DNA of 40,585 nt from Nemertoderma westbladi (GCA_032718475.1 JAUCBJ010007632.1:1-40585); one strand, 5' to 3'. Shown: positions 1 through 12,507, numbered from the stretch's first letter. Notes: generated by a model from the sequence alone, not told the origin. Made by a program: numbers and translations.

Positions 1-810
1 CTTAGGAGTACTCTCATAATCATTAGAGGGAGCCCAACGGCTCCTCAGCTCATTAGAACATGCTGCTTATAGTGTTGGTCTTTTTATTAACTCCAGAAAG
101 ACCAAAATTCTGACAGTTAACTTCGAAAGTCCTCAGCAAGTCTCTGATCGGATGAGCATAAGCTCAAAGGATGGTATGCTTGAGCATGTGGACGACTTCT
201 GTTACCTGGGATCATGGATCCGGAAGTCAGGTGAGGACCTTCGAATACGTAAGGAAAAGGCATGGGCAGCCTTGAATAGGCTTTCCAGGATTTGGAAGTC
301 ACCGAGAATTAATCGGAAACTTAAGGTCCGATTATTTAGAGCAGCAGTAGTTCCAGTACTCCTCTATGGGAGTCCATGCTGGGCTCTAACTGCTGAGGAC
401 ACCAAATCTCTGGATGGCACATTCACAAGAATGCTACGCCGGGTTCATTGTGTCAAGTACAATGCACACATCTCCAACCAGACACTATATAACATTGGAG
501 GTGTCTCATTGGTTCCCCCAAGCTTGACATTAGAACAAAATCGCCTCCGCTTTGCAGGACATTGCTTTCGCCGTGAGGACCAGCCAGGGCATAATCTTGT
601 ACTTTGGCAGCCTCATGGAGTGAATAAGCATGGTGGACAGCCCATGACTTTCTTGAGACGCATCTTGGGGGACACTGGCCTTAAAGATGCGGATGATCTA
701 GCAAATGTCATGGGTGATAGGGAGTTGTGGCGGTGCAATTTTGTTGACAAGCCGGCACAGCATTCTTGAAAATGCAGCTGCAATGCAGCATGCCGATCCT
801 AGTAGTAGTA
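1..810 (+). mobile_element. RTE-clade non-LTR retrotransposon, 3' part (end of RT plus C-terminal region) with (TAG)n tail; lies in Islet intron 2
   Basis: ORF 152..769 has RTE-type motifs (FCYLGS, VVPVLLYG, RLRFAGH). It ends GCCGATCC(TAG)n at ~800-810 and is near-identical to the copies at 10958-12477 and 13427-14105. Confidence 0.9.
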
Positions 811-1014
811 CCCACCTTGTGTAATCCCGTCTCCCCACCTTGTGTAATTCCGTCTACCAACCTTGTGTAATCCCGTCTACCCACCTTGTGTACTCCCGTC
901 TACCCACCTTGTGTAATCCCGTCTACCCACCTTGTATAATCCCGTCTACCCACCTTGTGTAATTCCGTCTACCCACCTTGTGTAATTCCGTCTACCCACC
1001 TTGTGTAATCCCGT
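811..1014 (-). repeat. 23-bp tandem repeat (~9 copies) made of the Islet exon-2 3' end plus its splice donor
   Basis: Unit CCCACCTTGTGTAATCCCGTCTA; the minus strand reads ...CGGGATTACACAAG|GTGGGTAGA, i.e. the exon end (RDYTR) and GT donor. Confidence 0.9.
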
Positions 1015-1189
1015 TTGCAGTAGGTTTTTCCATCGCGAACGAAACAAGTTATAGATTCATCGAGAAAACATTGACATTGGGAACATTTAAGGCAAGTCGA
1101 GTGCCATTCTAGGTCGGGTGCGACTCGTAGGACAAACGGGTCTAATATAAGAGACCCACAGCCAACGCAGATCGGAGCTCGGGAATTAC
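1000..1189 (-). CDS. isl: Islet-class LIM-homeodomain transcription factor, coding exon 2 (LIM1 domain)
   Basis: [64 protein letters not shown] matches Islet LIM1 (LRVxPDLEWH...[14 protein letters not shown]). Acceptor tctctatag at 1190, donor AG|GTGGGT at 999; 190 nt. Confidence 0.92.
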
Positions 1190-1306
1190 CTATAGAGACA
1201 AACAAGGAAATAATCGTATTGATTTGAGGTAATTATTTACATAATTGTTATCCTTGCAACGCCACGACACTTATTAATGTATTTCAACGAATAATATTCA
1301 ACTGAC

Positions 1307-1373
1307 CTTTTTTATTTTGCGATATGTCGAGTTCAACTGATAGATTTGTGCATTCCATATCCATGGCAACCAT
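1307..1373 (-). CDS. isl: Islet coding exon 1 (MVAMDMECTNLSVELDISQNKK)
   Basis: ATG at 1373, 22 codons plus 1 nt, donor G|GTCAGT at 1306. Splices in frame (phase 1) to exon 2 across a 117-nt intron. Confidence 0.75.
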
Positions 1374-2571
1374 GACTAATCCTGGTACTGCCTAAATAAA
1401 ACTGCCAATGTAATACTGAAGCTGAACTTTTGGAAATGGTGTCGCCTCCGCTGAAGAGGTGATGTTGTAATGTTATTCGTTCGAATTTAAACTGCTAATT
1501 TCAAATAGGCCTAGGAAGATTTTGTATTTATTTAACTTCCTATAAGATAAAGGACTATACGCAGTAGCAATTAATAATAATTAAATTAGTTCGATAAGAA
1601 ATAAATATATATACAATATCATAAATCCATGTATATATTCCTACTTTAAATTTCTCATAAAGCAAAGGCGTTTTTATCCCCTAGTATATTAAGGCAAGGG
1701 ATTGATGGATATTAAAAACTAGAAGTACAGTCTGCTTGCAGCGTAGGGGCCTATAGCTCCATAGAGGAAGTCAGTGCCACTACATAAGTACCGTATAATG
1801 TCTTCTACTCCATTCTGCATATCAAGAATCAGCTTCCGTTTTTCTTACTGTACTATATACGAGTCCACGCGGCAAGCCGTAAGGTTCCCATTGCGGGTAG
1901 AAAGAGTTATAAAACGCCGCAGACAGTGTAAATATTCCTACCACAAGGAGTGGCTTACGGACGAGAAGACCACCTATTATACAACAATATAAAAAGATCG
2001 AAATAATAACGGCCTGCTGGCAGTTTAATATGAATGGGACTGGCACATCTATTATATTAATAATGAATGAAATCTACCGGCACCGCGGTAAATACTGATT
2101 ATAAACCAACAACTTCCAAATAATAACAGAAAGTTTGGATTTGGGGTGACAGTCAGCAGTTTCAGTGCCACAGAGCTGGTATTATCGGGGGAATGATCTC
2201 TGATAATCGCCATCACGCCATGTCACCTTTTAGCGTTTCATGAATACATTAAATTAATTAAAGTACGGCAGTATAGCCGGTAGGCCTATTCTATAATAAT
2301 TGCATAAAACAAATAAATTCAAAGTGAAACAGTTTGTTAGTAAAATCAACTACCGCGGCACTGCATACCGACCACCAGTATTATTAACCTAATAGGCTGT
2401 CAGACTGTGCTTAACATGAATATAAAATTATTTTATGGCTATTTTAGTTATTAGATAAATATTATTATTATATTCAATCTGTTTCCGAAAATCATTGTAT
2501 CTATTGGAGTTAAGTTATCGGGTAGGTCGATGTAAGTATCTATATTGATACTGCTGAAAACAGTCACCAAA

Positions 2572-2749
2572 TGTATCTTTGTATATTTTTATTTAACCTT
2601 TGTAATTCTGTGTTCAGTATTACAGTCGAGTACCGGTAGTTGAATATGGAACTCAAAATGTATGCACACTACAGTACTGCAGTCAGTGTTATCCTAGGTA
2701 TGAATATCCTAGGTAGTATTAAATCAAGCTACTTTACACTACACCCTCC
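2572..2749 (-). repeat. Putative 3' LTR (~170 bp) of the Gypsy element with preceding polypurine tract
   Basis: Minus strand: GGAGGG (2749-2744), then TGTA... ending ...GATACA at 2572, with AATAAA near the end. No second LTR in the window to confirm. Confidence 0.5.
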
Positions 2750-3049
2750 AAAAATAAGCGGAGCGCAGTAGTTCACAAAAAATAAATGTTAATTACAGTT
2801 CACACATTATTACATGTACTACTTAATACTAATATAAACTAATACTAATATAAACCAATACTACTATATACACATAATTTTGTGTATCCTAAAGGTTACA
2901 TTATGAAATTAGTAATTACGCATTATAATACAAATATATAATTAACGTAAGTCAAAAGCACAAAAACAAATGTTAATTGATACACACAACTATTATAATT
3001 ATATAAGGAGTCGAAATTAAGTATTATTATAATACAAATATTATCTTAA

Positions 3050-5750
3050 TTAACGTTTTTCAAACACGTTTATTAGTAAATTAAATCGCACACGTTTCAT
3101 GGGTTTGATTAACACACTTAAATTTTCCCCAGAAATACACGCGGGCTTTACTCTATCCAGAGAGATGACTTGTTCCACGTTATGACGCAATACTGTCACG
3201 GTTTTGTCAGTCATCGAAACAACCTTATAAGGCCCCATGTACAAAGGTGCAAGTGATGACCTTTTGATAGCATCTTTTATCCAGACATGCGACGAGTTTT
3301 TTAATTGGCTCGGAATATGGTCCTTTCCAGAATGTTTCCTGATTGGTGGAGAAAAAGAATCCATTTTTCGGAACAACCTATCAACAAAATTAGGAATATC
3401 CGGGGAATTATTCCCTGAAGTTTCTTCAAAAAATCTTCCAGGTAAACACAACTCAGCTCCATATGTTAACTGAGCAGGAGAATATTTATGAATTCCGGTT
3501 ACAGAGCGCAATCCTAACAATACTAACGGCAGTTCATTGAACCAGCCAGATGAGTTACACTTTGCCCTTAAGGAAGCCTTTAGCTGTCTGTGGAACCTCT
3601 CTATGGCTCCATTACATGCAGGGTGATATGCAGTAGTCCGACGCCGTTTTATTCCCAATTCTTTCATCAAACTACTCCACAGTCCTGACTCAAACTGTGA
3701 CCCTCTATCCGTAACTATTGTTCTAGGCACACCAAATCGACTAATCCAATGGAAAAGAAATCCTTTTGCTACTGAATCTGTTGTTATATCCCTAATGGGC
3801 ACCACCTCTGGCCATCTAGTAAAACGGTCAATTATTGTCAGCAAATACCGATAACCACAGGATGGTGGCAACGGACCGACTAAATCAATATGTACTGTTT
3901 CAAATCGGCCATCGGTTGGAATGCTTCCAATCGGTGTTTTCGTATGTAGTGTCGTTTTTGAAATTTGACAATTTTGGCAATTTCGAGACCATTCTTTCAC
4001 ATCCTTGTTCATACTCGGCCAAATGTATCGTTCGGCAATTAATTTCAATGATGCTCTAAATCCGGGATGGGATACATCATGAAATTTATGGAATAATTGC
4101 TTTCGAAATTTTTCAGGTAAATATGGTCTCATACTTGAACAACTCTCATCACAAAAAAGTTGCATTCCATTATATACAACTATGCATTTCAAAGGGATAG
4201 TTGTTTGAGTGAAGAATTTTTGTAACTTTTCATCAACCAACTGTGCCTTTGCCAACTCCACATAAGTTTCATTATCAAAGTTAATAACTGAACATGTCCT
4301 TGACAGTGCATCGGCTACAATGTTTTCTGCACCTGCTACGTGTTCTATCTGTGCGTTAAATTCCGATATATAGGATATCCAGCGAGCCTGTTGCGGTGTG
4401 GGATTTTTCATTTCTAGACACCTTAGCAGGGGTTTGTGATCCGTATAAATCGTGAGCTCCTGACCTAAAAGCCATTCATGGTGCTTTAACGCCGAATAAA
4501 TAGCTAATAATTCCTTATCGAAGGCAGATTTTTTACTCTCGCTAGATGTTAGTTTTCGTGAATAGAAACACAGTGGTTCTAGATTATTATCAACTTCTTG
4601 ATGCACTACAGCGCCCAATGCAACATTAGAAGCATCTGTGGTTAACGAAACTTTAGCATTGGGAACTGGAAATGATAAAGTTACTGCTGCTTTTAATGCT
4701 AATTTCATTTCAATAAATGAATTATTTGCAGATTCATTCCACTCTAAAGAATCTTTCTTCTTTTTGTTTCGAGTGAGATCTGTAAGGGGTGCTGCAATCT
4801 TAGAGAAATTAGGCACAAATCGGTGATAAAAACCACACATACCGAGAAATCTCCGTAAAGAATACACGCTGTCAGGTTTGTTAAACTGGTCAATAGCTTC
4901 TAGCTTACCAGGGTTTGGTTTTATACCATCATTCGAAATGAAATATCCTAAAAATTTCACTTCAGAAACCAGAAATGCACATTTACTTTTATTGGCTGTT
5001 AATCCCTTTGCCTTTAAACGCTCCAAGATGCTCTTCAGATCTCGATAGTGCTGTTCCTCATTGGGACTACCGATTAACACATCATCGACGTATCCTACAG
5101 CGCACGGCAAATCACTTAACGTCATATCAATCAATCTCTGAAAGGTTTGACTCGCATTTCGTAAGCCGAAAGGCATTCTATTAAATTTAAAAAGTCCAAA
5201 CGGTGTCACTATGGATGTTTTGACAATATCGTCCTCTGCCACAGGTATTTGGTGAAAAGCTTTCTTTAGGTCTATTTTACTAAAAAATTTACATCCATTA
5301 AAACGATTTGCAATGTCAGCAATATTTGGCATCGGATATGTGTCTGGTATGGTCTGTTTATTTAGTGCACGGTAATCTCCACAAGGTCTATGTCCTCCAC
5401 CTGGTTTGTCTGCTATATGCAATGGAGTAGACCAAGGCGACTCTGCACGAGATATTACACCCTGTTTCAGTAACCAATCAAACTCATCCTGTGCAGCTAC
5501 TAACTTTTTGCCAAATAAACGACGGGGACGAGAAAAACATGGAGGGCCTGTAGTTTGAATGTGGTGCTCTACCGAATGCCTCACTGGTTCACTAGCTAGT
5601 TTATCCTTAAATACCATACTGTACTGTTCCAGCAAAGAATTCAACCGGTTTTTATCATTTACCAATAAGATATTACCACTTTGCATGGGTGGGAAACTGA
5701 TTGACGAGCTAAGGTTTGTGGTACCGGAAGAAATACCGTTAGCTACTGTA
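3050..5750 (-). mobile_element. Ty3/Gypsy LTR retrotransposon pol (RT-RNaseH-integrase), uninterrupted but 5'-truncated
   Basis: [10 protein letters not shown] / MPFGLRNA / YVDD; RNase H TDASN, ELLAI, TDHKPL, ADALSR; integrase HDVSHPG..CQNC, HIDLVG, TDRGSQF, IERFHR; GPY motif. Domain order RT-RH-IN. No gag or protease motif upstream. Confidence 0.93.
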
Positions 5751-5916
5751 TGGGAGACTGCGTGTGCTACACCAAACACATTGAACATTAATAATATGAA
5801 ACATACACCAAATAAACCGCGTGAAAATATGGGTTTAGTTAAACAATTCAACAATATGGATAATACTGTCAATAAACACAAAACCAATGTTTTACTGCCT
5901 AATTTAAAGACAGTTT

Positions 5917-5956
5917 CACACCCCCCTACACACACACACACACACACCCCCCACAC

Positions 5957-5987
<31 letters not shown>

Positions 5988-5988
5988 A
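5917..5988. repeat. (CA)n / poly-C microsatellite at the Gypsy truncation point
   Basis: Directly visible; it supplies the spurious start of ORF 3050..5983. Confidence 0.9.
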
Positions 5989-6610
5989 GTAGGTGACGTC
6001 AAAGAGATTCAATCTCACACTTGTTAGAGAACCAAATATTATATGCTTTATTGTTAGATAAACACAGACAGTCTCTATTATGGATTAAACTAAACGATGT
6101 TCCGCCGTTTCTTAAATTTTAAATTTTGCAAATATTTGTGGGGCGAGCCACAACGTTAGGTAACCTTGGTGTAGCGGTTCCATAATTGAGCTGGTTGTCG
6201 GTGTCATTGGGAACTGTTTGATGATAATAATTCAGTGAATCTTAGATAAAATTATACCAAAGTTGGTACACAAGTAGTCGGTCAAAAGTCGGAAGTATTC
6301 TAGATAGGATTATCCGTATAATATCAACTATAAAATACATGTAAATCAATTATTATTCGGCACCGAAATAATTTTCTATAAACTGGTAGTATACAGTACT
6401 GTATGCCATAGGAAGCTCAGAAATAAATTTAAGCAAATTCGACCTGAGAGTCCTCAAGATATAATCCATATATTTTTTATTTACCAATAAGTAATCTGGG
6501 CTGCGGTGTTGTCCAGTACTGTTAATTTGTTGTACTACCATTCAATTCTTCATTTAGTATTTCATGAACCAAAAAGGAAATATTAAATGCATAACAAACA
6601 ATTGTGATAA
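5988..6610. repeat. Duplicated block (satellite flank), copy 1; copy 2 at 37561-38172
   Basis: AGTAGGTGACGTCAAA...AACAATTGTGATAATAAT aligns by eye with 37561-38172, with small indels. Confidence 0.9.
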
Positions 6611-7828
6611 TAATCTAACGAATCTAAGTCTAACCAATGCTAGCTACTCTAATCTAACGAATCTAAGTCTAACCAATGCTAGCTACTCTAATCTAACGAA
6701 TCGAACTCTAACCAATGCTAGCTACTCTAATCTAACGAATCTAAGTCTAACCAATGCTAGCTACTCTAATCTAACGAATCGAACTCTAACCAATGCTAGC
6801 TACTCTAATTTAACGAATCGAAGTCTAACCAATGCTAGCTACTCTAATTTAACGAATCTAAGTCTAACCAATGCTAGCTACTCTAATTTAACGATTCGAA
6901 CTCTAACCAATGCTAGCTACTCTAATTTAACGAATCGAACTCTAACCAATGCTAGCTACTCTAATTTAACTAATCGAACTCTAACCAATGCTAGCTACTC
7001 TAATTTAACTAATCGAAGTCTAACCAATGCTAGCTACTCTAATCTAACGAATCTAAGTCTAACCAATGCTAGCTACTCTAATCTAACGAATCTAAGTCTA
7101 ACCAATGCTAGCTACTCTAATATAACGAATCGAACTCTAACCAATGCTAGCTACTCTAATTTAACGAATCGAACTCTAACCAATGCTAGCTACTCTAATT
7201 TAACTAATCGAACTCTAACCAATGCTAGCTACTCTAATTTAACGAATCGAAGTCTAACCAATGCTAGCTACTCTAATTTAACGAATCTAAGTCTAACCAA
7301 TGCTAGCTACTCTAATTTAACGATTCGAACTCTAACCAATGCTAGCTACTCTAATTTAACGAATCGAACTCTAACCAATGCTAGCTACTCTAATTTAACT
7401 AATCGAACTCTAACCAATGCTAGCTACTCTAATTTAACTAATCGAAGTCTAACCAATGCTAGCTACTCTAATCTAACGAATCTAAGTCTAACCAATGCTA
7501 GCTACTCTAATCTAACGAATCTAAGTCTAACCAATGCTAGCTACTCTAATCTAACGAATCGAACTCTAACCAATGCTAGCTACTCTAATTTAACGAATCG
7601 AACTCTAACCAATGCTAGCTACTCTAATTTAACTAATCGAACTCTAACCAATGCTAGCTACTCTAATTTAACGAATCGAAGTCTAACCAATGCTAGCTAC
7701 TCTAATTTAACTAATCGAAGTCTAACCAATGCTAGCTACTCAAATTTAACGAATCGAACTCTAACCAATGCTAGCTACTCTAATTTAACGAATCGAAGTC
7801 TAACCAATGCTAGCTACTCTAATTTAAC
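6611..7828. repeat. 39-bp satellite/minisatellite array (~31 units)
   Basis: Unit TAATYTAACGAATCKAASTCTAACCAATGCTAGCTACTC; it produces the repetitive ORF 6564..7874. Confidence 0.97.
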
Positions 7829-7965
7829 ACATAATTTCCAGTCTTATTACTTTTTACAATCAACTAATCAATAAAATGTAAAATATTCTGGGCAGACCCT
7901 GTTTGTAAGTATAGCTATTAGTATAAAACAATTTATTCAACCAAATATACTTAGGAATGTATGTT

Positions 7966-9580
7966 TGTTGTGGGGCGAGCCACGAAGTTGGCGGAGCCTT
8001 AGCGAATTGACACTGTTAGGGGGTGGGTCAATTTATGCAAATAGTTGTCGTCGTCGTCGTTGTCGTCGTCGTCGTCGTCGTCGTTGTCGTCGTCGTTACG
8101 ATTTTGACATGCTAATAACTTTGTCGGATTTAAAGCTGCCAAGTTGAAAATTTGTAGGTATCAATATGAGCAAAAGTTGAGATTTTTGAGAGTCTTTCAG
8201 ACACCATCAGTGCAATGGTCTCCCGCTAGAGGGCCACATGTCTAAACATTAAATGCCCTCCCATTTCTTTGCTTTTAATCCGTTTAAGCTGAAACTTGGC
8301 AGATATGTATTAGACCATTAGCTGTGACTTTCAAAGGAGGCGAATCCATCTGCAGTTCTCCAGTCTGCCGCTAGAGGGCCAAAGGTCTGAAAGTGAAATC
8401 GTTGTCGTCGTTACGATTTTGACATGCTAATAACTTTGTCGGATTTAAAGCTGCCAAGTTGAAAATTTGTAGGTATCAATATGAGCTAAAGTTGAGATTT
8501 TTGAGAGACTTTCAGACACCATCAGTGCAATGGTCTCCCGCTAGAGGGCCACATGTCTAAACATTAAATGCCCTCCCATTTCTTTGCTTTTAATCCGTTT
8601 AAGCTGAAACTTGGCAGATATGTATTAGACCATTAGCTGTGACTTTCAAAGGAGGCGAATCCATCTGCAGTTCTCCAGTCTGCCGCTAGAGGGCCAAAGG
8701 TCTGAAAGTGAAATCGTTGTCGTCGTTACGATTTTGACATGCTAATAACTTTGTCGGATTTAAAGCTGCCAAGTTGAAAATTTGTAGGTATCAATATGAG
8801 CTAAAGTTGAGATTTTTGAGAGACTTTCAGACACCATCAGTGCAATGGTCTCCCGCTAGAGGGCCACATGTCTAAACATTAAATGCCCTCCCGTTTCTTT
8901 GCTTTTAATCCGTTTAAGCTGAAACTTGGCAGATATGTATTAGACCATTAGCTGTGACTTTCAAAGGAGGCGAATCCATCTGCAGTTCTCCAGTCTGCCG
9001 CTAGAGGGCCAAATGTCTGAAAGTGAAATCGTTGTCGTCGTTATGATATTGACATGCTTATAACTTTGTCGAATTTAAAGCTGCCAAGTTGAAAATTTGT
9101 TTTGTTGAAAATCAGTTCAACAGTCACCCGCTATAGGACTACTTTATGCCTGAAAGTGAATAGATTCTCCCGTCTCATTGATTTTAATCAGTTTAAGCTG
9201 AATCTTGACATATATTCTGGACCACATGCTGCGTCTTTGTGGGGGGGGGGGGGAGATTTAATCGGTCTGCCGCTATACGACGAAATTTCTGAAAGTGAGA
9301 TCCGTCTCTCATTTCGTTATCCGTTATTCAAGATGGAACTTGGCCGATGTACGTATGTGCTATTCATCCATAGGCTGTGTCTTTGTGGGGCTGGAGACCC
9401 TAATCCATCTTCAGTTCTCACTATACCGCTAGAGTCAGAAATGTCTGAATAGAAATGAAAGAGGTAAAAAGTGATTAGGCGAAATCTGCTTAAAATTTGC
9501 TAATACAGTAATACTTTCGAATTAGTACTTAAATTAAATTTAAGTCACGTGCTGCGCGAAGGCCCCACTTCGTGTATAGT
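7966..9580 (+). mobile_element. Non-autonomous Helentron/HINE (DINE-1-like) element with (GTC)n microsatellite and central tandem repeats, inserted in the 3' UTR of gene A
   Basis: 5' TTGTGGGGCGAGCCACGAAG and 3' GCGAAGGCCCCACTTCGTG (subterminal inverted motifs and a small hairpin). (GTC)n at 8046-8097, then 315-bp repeats. Absent from the homologous 3' UTR of gene B. Confidence 0.6.
8091..9100. repeat. 315-bp tandem repeat (~3.2 copies), a dimer of ~164+151-bp subunits
   Basis: CGTCGTTAYGAT starts at 8091, 8406, 8721 and 9036; CGCTAGAGGGCCA occurs twice per unit. Confidence 0.93.
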
Positions 9581-9600
9581 ATATCTCGTTCGATCCATTA

Positions 9601-10565
9601 CTAGATTCCATAGACTTCCTTAGCATTTAAATAGTCCAGATTGTCCTCATTTAATGCGGATTGATTGATTATTCCCGCTCCGGTAACTTCTGATTGGATG
9701 ACATATATTGGGGATACTGTCTTACTCATGCATGCACGGTTATCTGATTGGTTGTTCATTGAGGCTTCCACTACTTGTGATTGGTTAACATAAACTCTCC
9801 CCTCCACTACTGTGTTGCTATTATCTCGCCCTCTCCCATCCACTACTGTGTTGCTATTCCCTTGCCCTCTCCTCTCCCCTGTGTTGCTATTCTCTTGCCC
9901 TCTCCCCTCCACTACTGTGTTGCTATTCTCTTGCCCTCTCCTCTCCCCTGTGTTGCTATTCTCTTGCCCTCTCCCCTCCCCTGTGTTGGTATTCTCTCGC
10001 CCTCTCCCCTCCACTACTGTGTTGGTATTCTCCACAGTGATTGTGTTCCGGCAATTTGTATCAGTAATATGTCTTTCTGTAGTTACCTTATTGTTTCTAC
10101 CAATTTTAGATTCATCGATTGTATCATAGGGATGTTTTTCATTTGTTATCTGATCATCTCGACTACTGGAGGTGAGCGGAGTAAGATTGACAGGTGACTG
10201 ATTGGTTGATGAGTGATTTACAGACCTCGCATTGGCTGTTTGATTTATAGTTATCCCATTGGATGGTGGATTTAGATAGCTCTCATTGGCTGGTTGATTT
10301 CGAAAACTCTCAGTGGCTAATGACCGATTGTTTGAAGCTCGAATGGCTTGTATCTCTAATTCTTCATAGGGGTGACTCGGGATGTTAGCTGGACCATCTA
10401 GTCCATATACAACTGTGTCATCGTAGACAGGACTACGAGGTTTCCTATTCCGATATCTTTTGAGTAAAATGAATGCCAATACGATTATAACAATCACTGC
10501 AAATCCACATCCAACAAAACCTCCAATGATTGCAGCAGAGGAATTGGAATTTGTAGGAATTTCAT
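9601..10565 (-). CDS. Receptor gene A, terminal exon: TM helix plus ~280-aa cytoplasmic tail with tyrosine motifs
   Basis: Acceptor tttttag|AT at 10566, phase 1. TM AAIIGGFVGCGFAVIVIIVLAFILL followed by KRYRNRK. Motifs YEEL, YDTI, YLNP, YVNQ, YLNA; ends EVYGI*. Confidence 0.85.
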
Positions 10566-10957
10566 CTAAAAATATAACAATAATAAAATGTTTTTGAACT
10601 TGTACTGGAGAGTGCGGGTGTGTGCGGGTGTGCATGACAGGTCAGAAAAAAATAATTAAAAAAAAAATTTCGCTCAGTAACCACGTGATTGAAGATGTGT
10701 TGTTTCTTTTAATTTCAGAGATAAATCGTAAGGTCGGTGATTATTCTTGTTCGTCAAAAACATTGGATTGGTAAATTTTCCCGCAAACTTTACAATGAAA
10801 TACCGACGATCTGCTAGTAAGTTTCACGAAATCGCCCCAAGAGCAGACAAATAGCTGAGTATTTATAAATAAATAGGGCTGCTCTTTCGTCGTTGGCAAC
10901 CCCAATTTATAGCGGGAAATTTAAATTCTCCAAACTGACAAATAGCAAACAATTGTA

Positions 10958-12477
10958 CTACTACTACTACTACTAGGATCGGCATGGCAGCTGCATTTTT
11001 AAGAATGCTGTGCCGGCTTATCGACAAAATTGCACCGCCACAACTCCCTATCACCCATGACATTTGCTAGATCATCCGCATCTTCAAGGCCAGTGTCCTT
11101 TAAGATGCGTCTCAAGAAAGTCATGGGCTGTCCACCATGCTTATTCACTCCATGAGGCTGCCAAAGTACAAGATTATGCACTGGCTGGTCCTCACGGCGA
11201 AAGCAATGTCCTGCAAAGCGGAGGCGATTTTGTTCTAGTATCAAGCTTGGGGGAACCAATGAGACACCTCTAATGTTATATAGTGTCTGGTTGGAGATGT
11301 GTGCATTGTACTTGACACAATGAACCAGGCGTAGCATTCTTGTAAATGTACCATCTAGAGATTAGGTGTCCTCAGCAGTTAGAGCCTAGCATGGACTCCC
11401 ATAGAGGAGTACTGGAACTACTGCTGCGCTAAATAATCGGACGTTAAGTTTCCGATTAATTATCGGTACTTCCAAATCCTGGAAAGCCTATTCAAGGCTG
11501 CCCTGCCCAGGCCTTTCCCTTACGTATTCGAAGGTCCTCACCTGACTTCCAGATCCATGATCCCATTTAACAGAAATCATCCACATGATCAAGCATACCA
11601 TCTTTTGAGCTTATGCTCATCCGATCAGAGACTTGCTGAGGACTTTCAAAGTTAACTGTCAAAAAATTTTGGTCTTTCTGGAGTTAATAAAAAAACCAAC
11701 ACTAGAAGCAGCATGTTTTAATGAGCTGAGGAGCCGTTGGGCTCCCTCTAGTGATTCTGAGAGTACTCCTAAGTCATCAGCAAAGTCTAGATCAGTTAGG
11801 TACTTGGCAGGATTTCTTCGACTTCTGGAGCCAGTAGGTGGAGTTATCATCACCCCATCATCATTATGATGATCTAAGGACATGCGTAGAACATAGTCAA
11901 CAACAATTATGAACAAGAATGGTACAAGTGTGTCTCCCTGGAGGACGCCCCATAACACTTCAAATGGTTCTGTGTCACCGTCAACAGTAGACACAAATGT
12001 TGTCGAACCATCGTATACTGATCTGATTGCTGCAATAATTTCATCAGGAATCCCATATAATGAAAGTATGCTGAACATACGTGAGCGAGAGACTGAATCA
12101 AAGGCCTTGAAGAAGTCAACAAAGATAACAGCCAGATGCCTGTCTTTCTTTTTTGATAACTATTCAATTATCCTTCTAAGTGCCAAAATGGGCTCCATGG
12201 CCCCACGACCTTTACGGAACCCATTCTGATTTCCACGGAGCAGTCTCTCAATGGGATCCCTAATGCGATTTAATAGAATTCTATTGTATAGCTTTGCAGC
12301 AATCGAGATCAATGAGATTCCCCGAAAAGAACCATAGAGTGTTAGGTTCCCCTTCTTGGGAACTGGCACAAACTTATTTGTTTTCATTTCTTGTGGGACT
12401 CTTGTTGTTCGGTACATGTGTACTATGATGGGATAGATGAACTTTAAACACTCAGGTATTTTAAAGAACTAACAATT
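10958..12477 (-). mobile_element. RTE-clade LINE, 5'-truncated and frameshifted, with (TAG)n tail and 11-bp TSD
   Basis: RT motifs PKKGN, FRGISL, QNGFR, GVLQGD, LDFADD in split ORFs. TSD AAACAATTGTA at 10947-10957 and 12478-12488. Confidence 0.92.
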
Positions 12478-12507
12478 AAACAATTGTAACAACTCGTTGT
12501 ATCTCAC

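Noticed and set aside
5750-5983. Hydrophobic N-terminus of ORF 3050..5983 as an env-like or membrane-anchored domesticated pol
   Set aside because: The ORF start is in a microsatellite, and hydrophobicity is expected from T-rich sequence. No independent support.
7965-8147. Arg-rich protamine-like ORF
   Set aside because: Translation of the (GTC)n microsatellite inside a mobile element.
9781-10197. Plus-strand ORFs over receptor exons (also 19714-20562, 24692-25025, 34015-34722)
   Set aside because: Antisense shadows of the real minus-strand coding exons.
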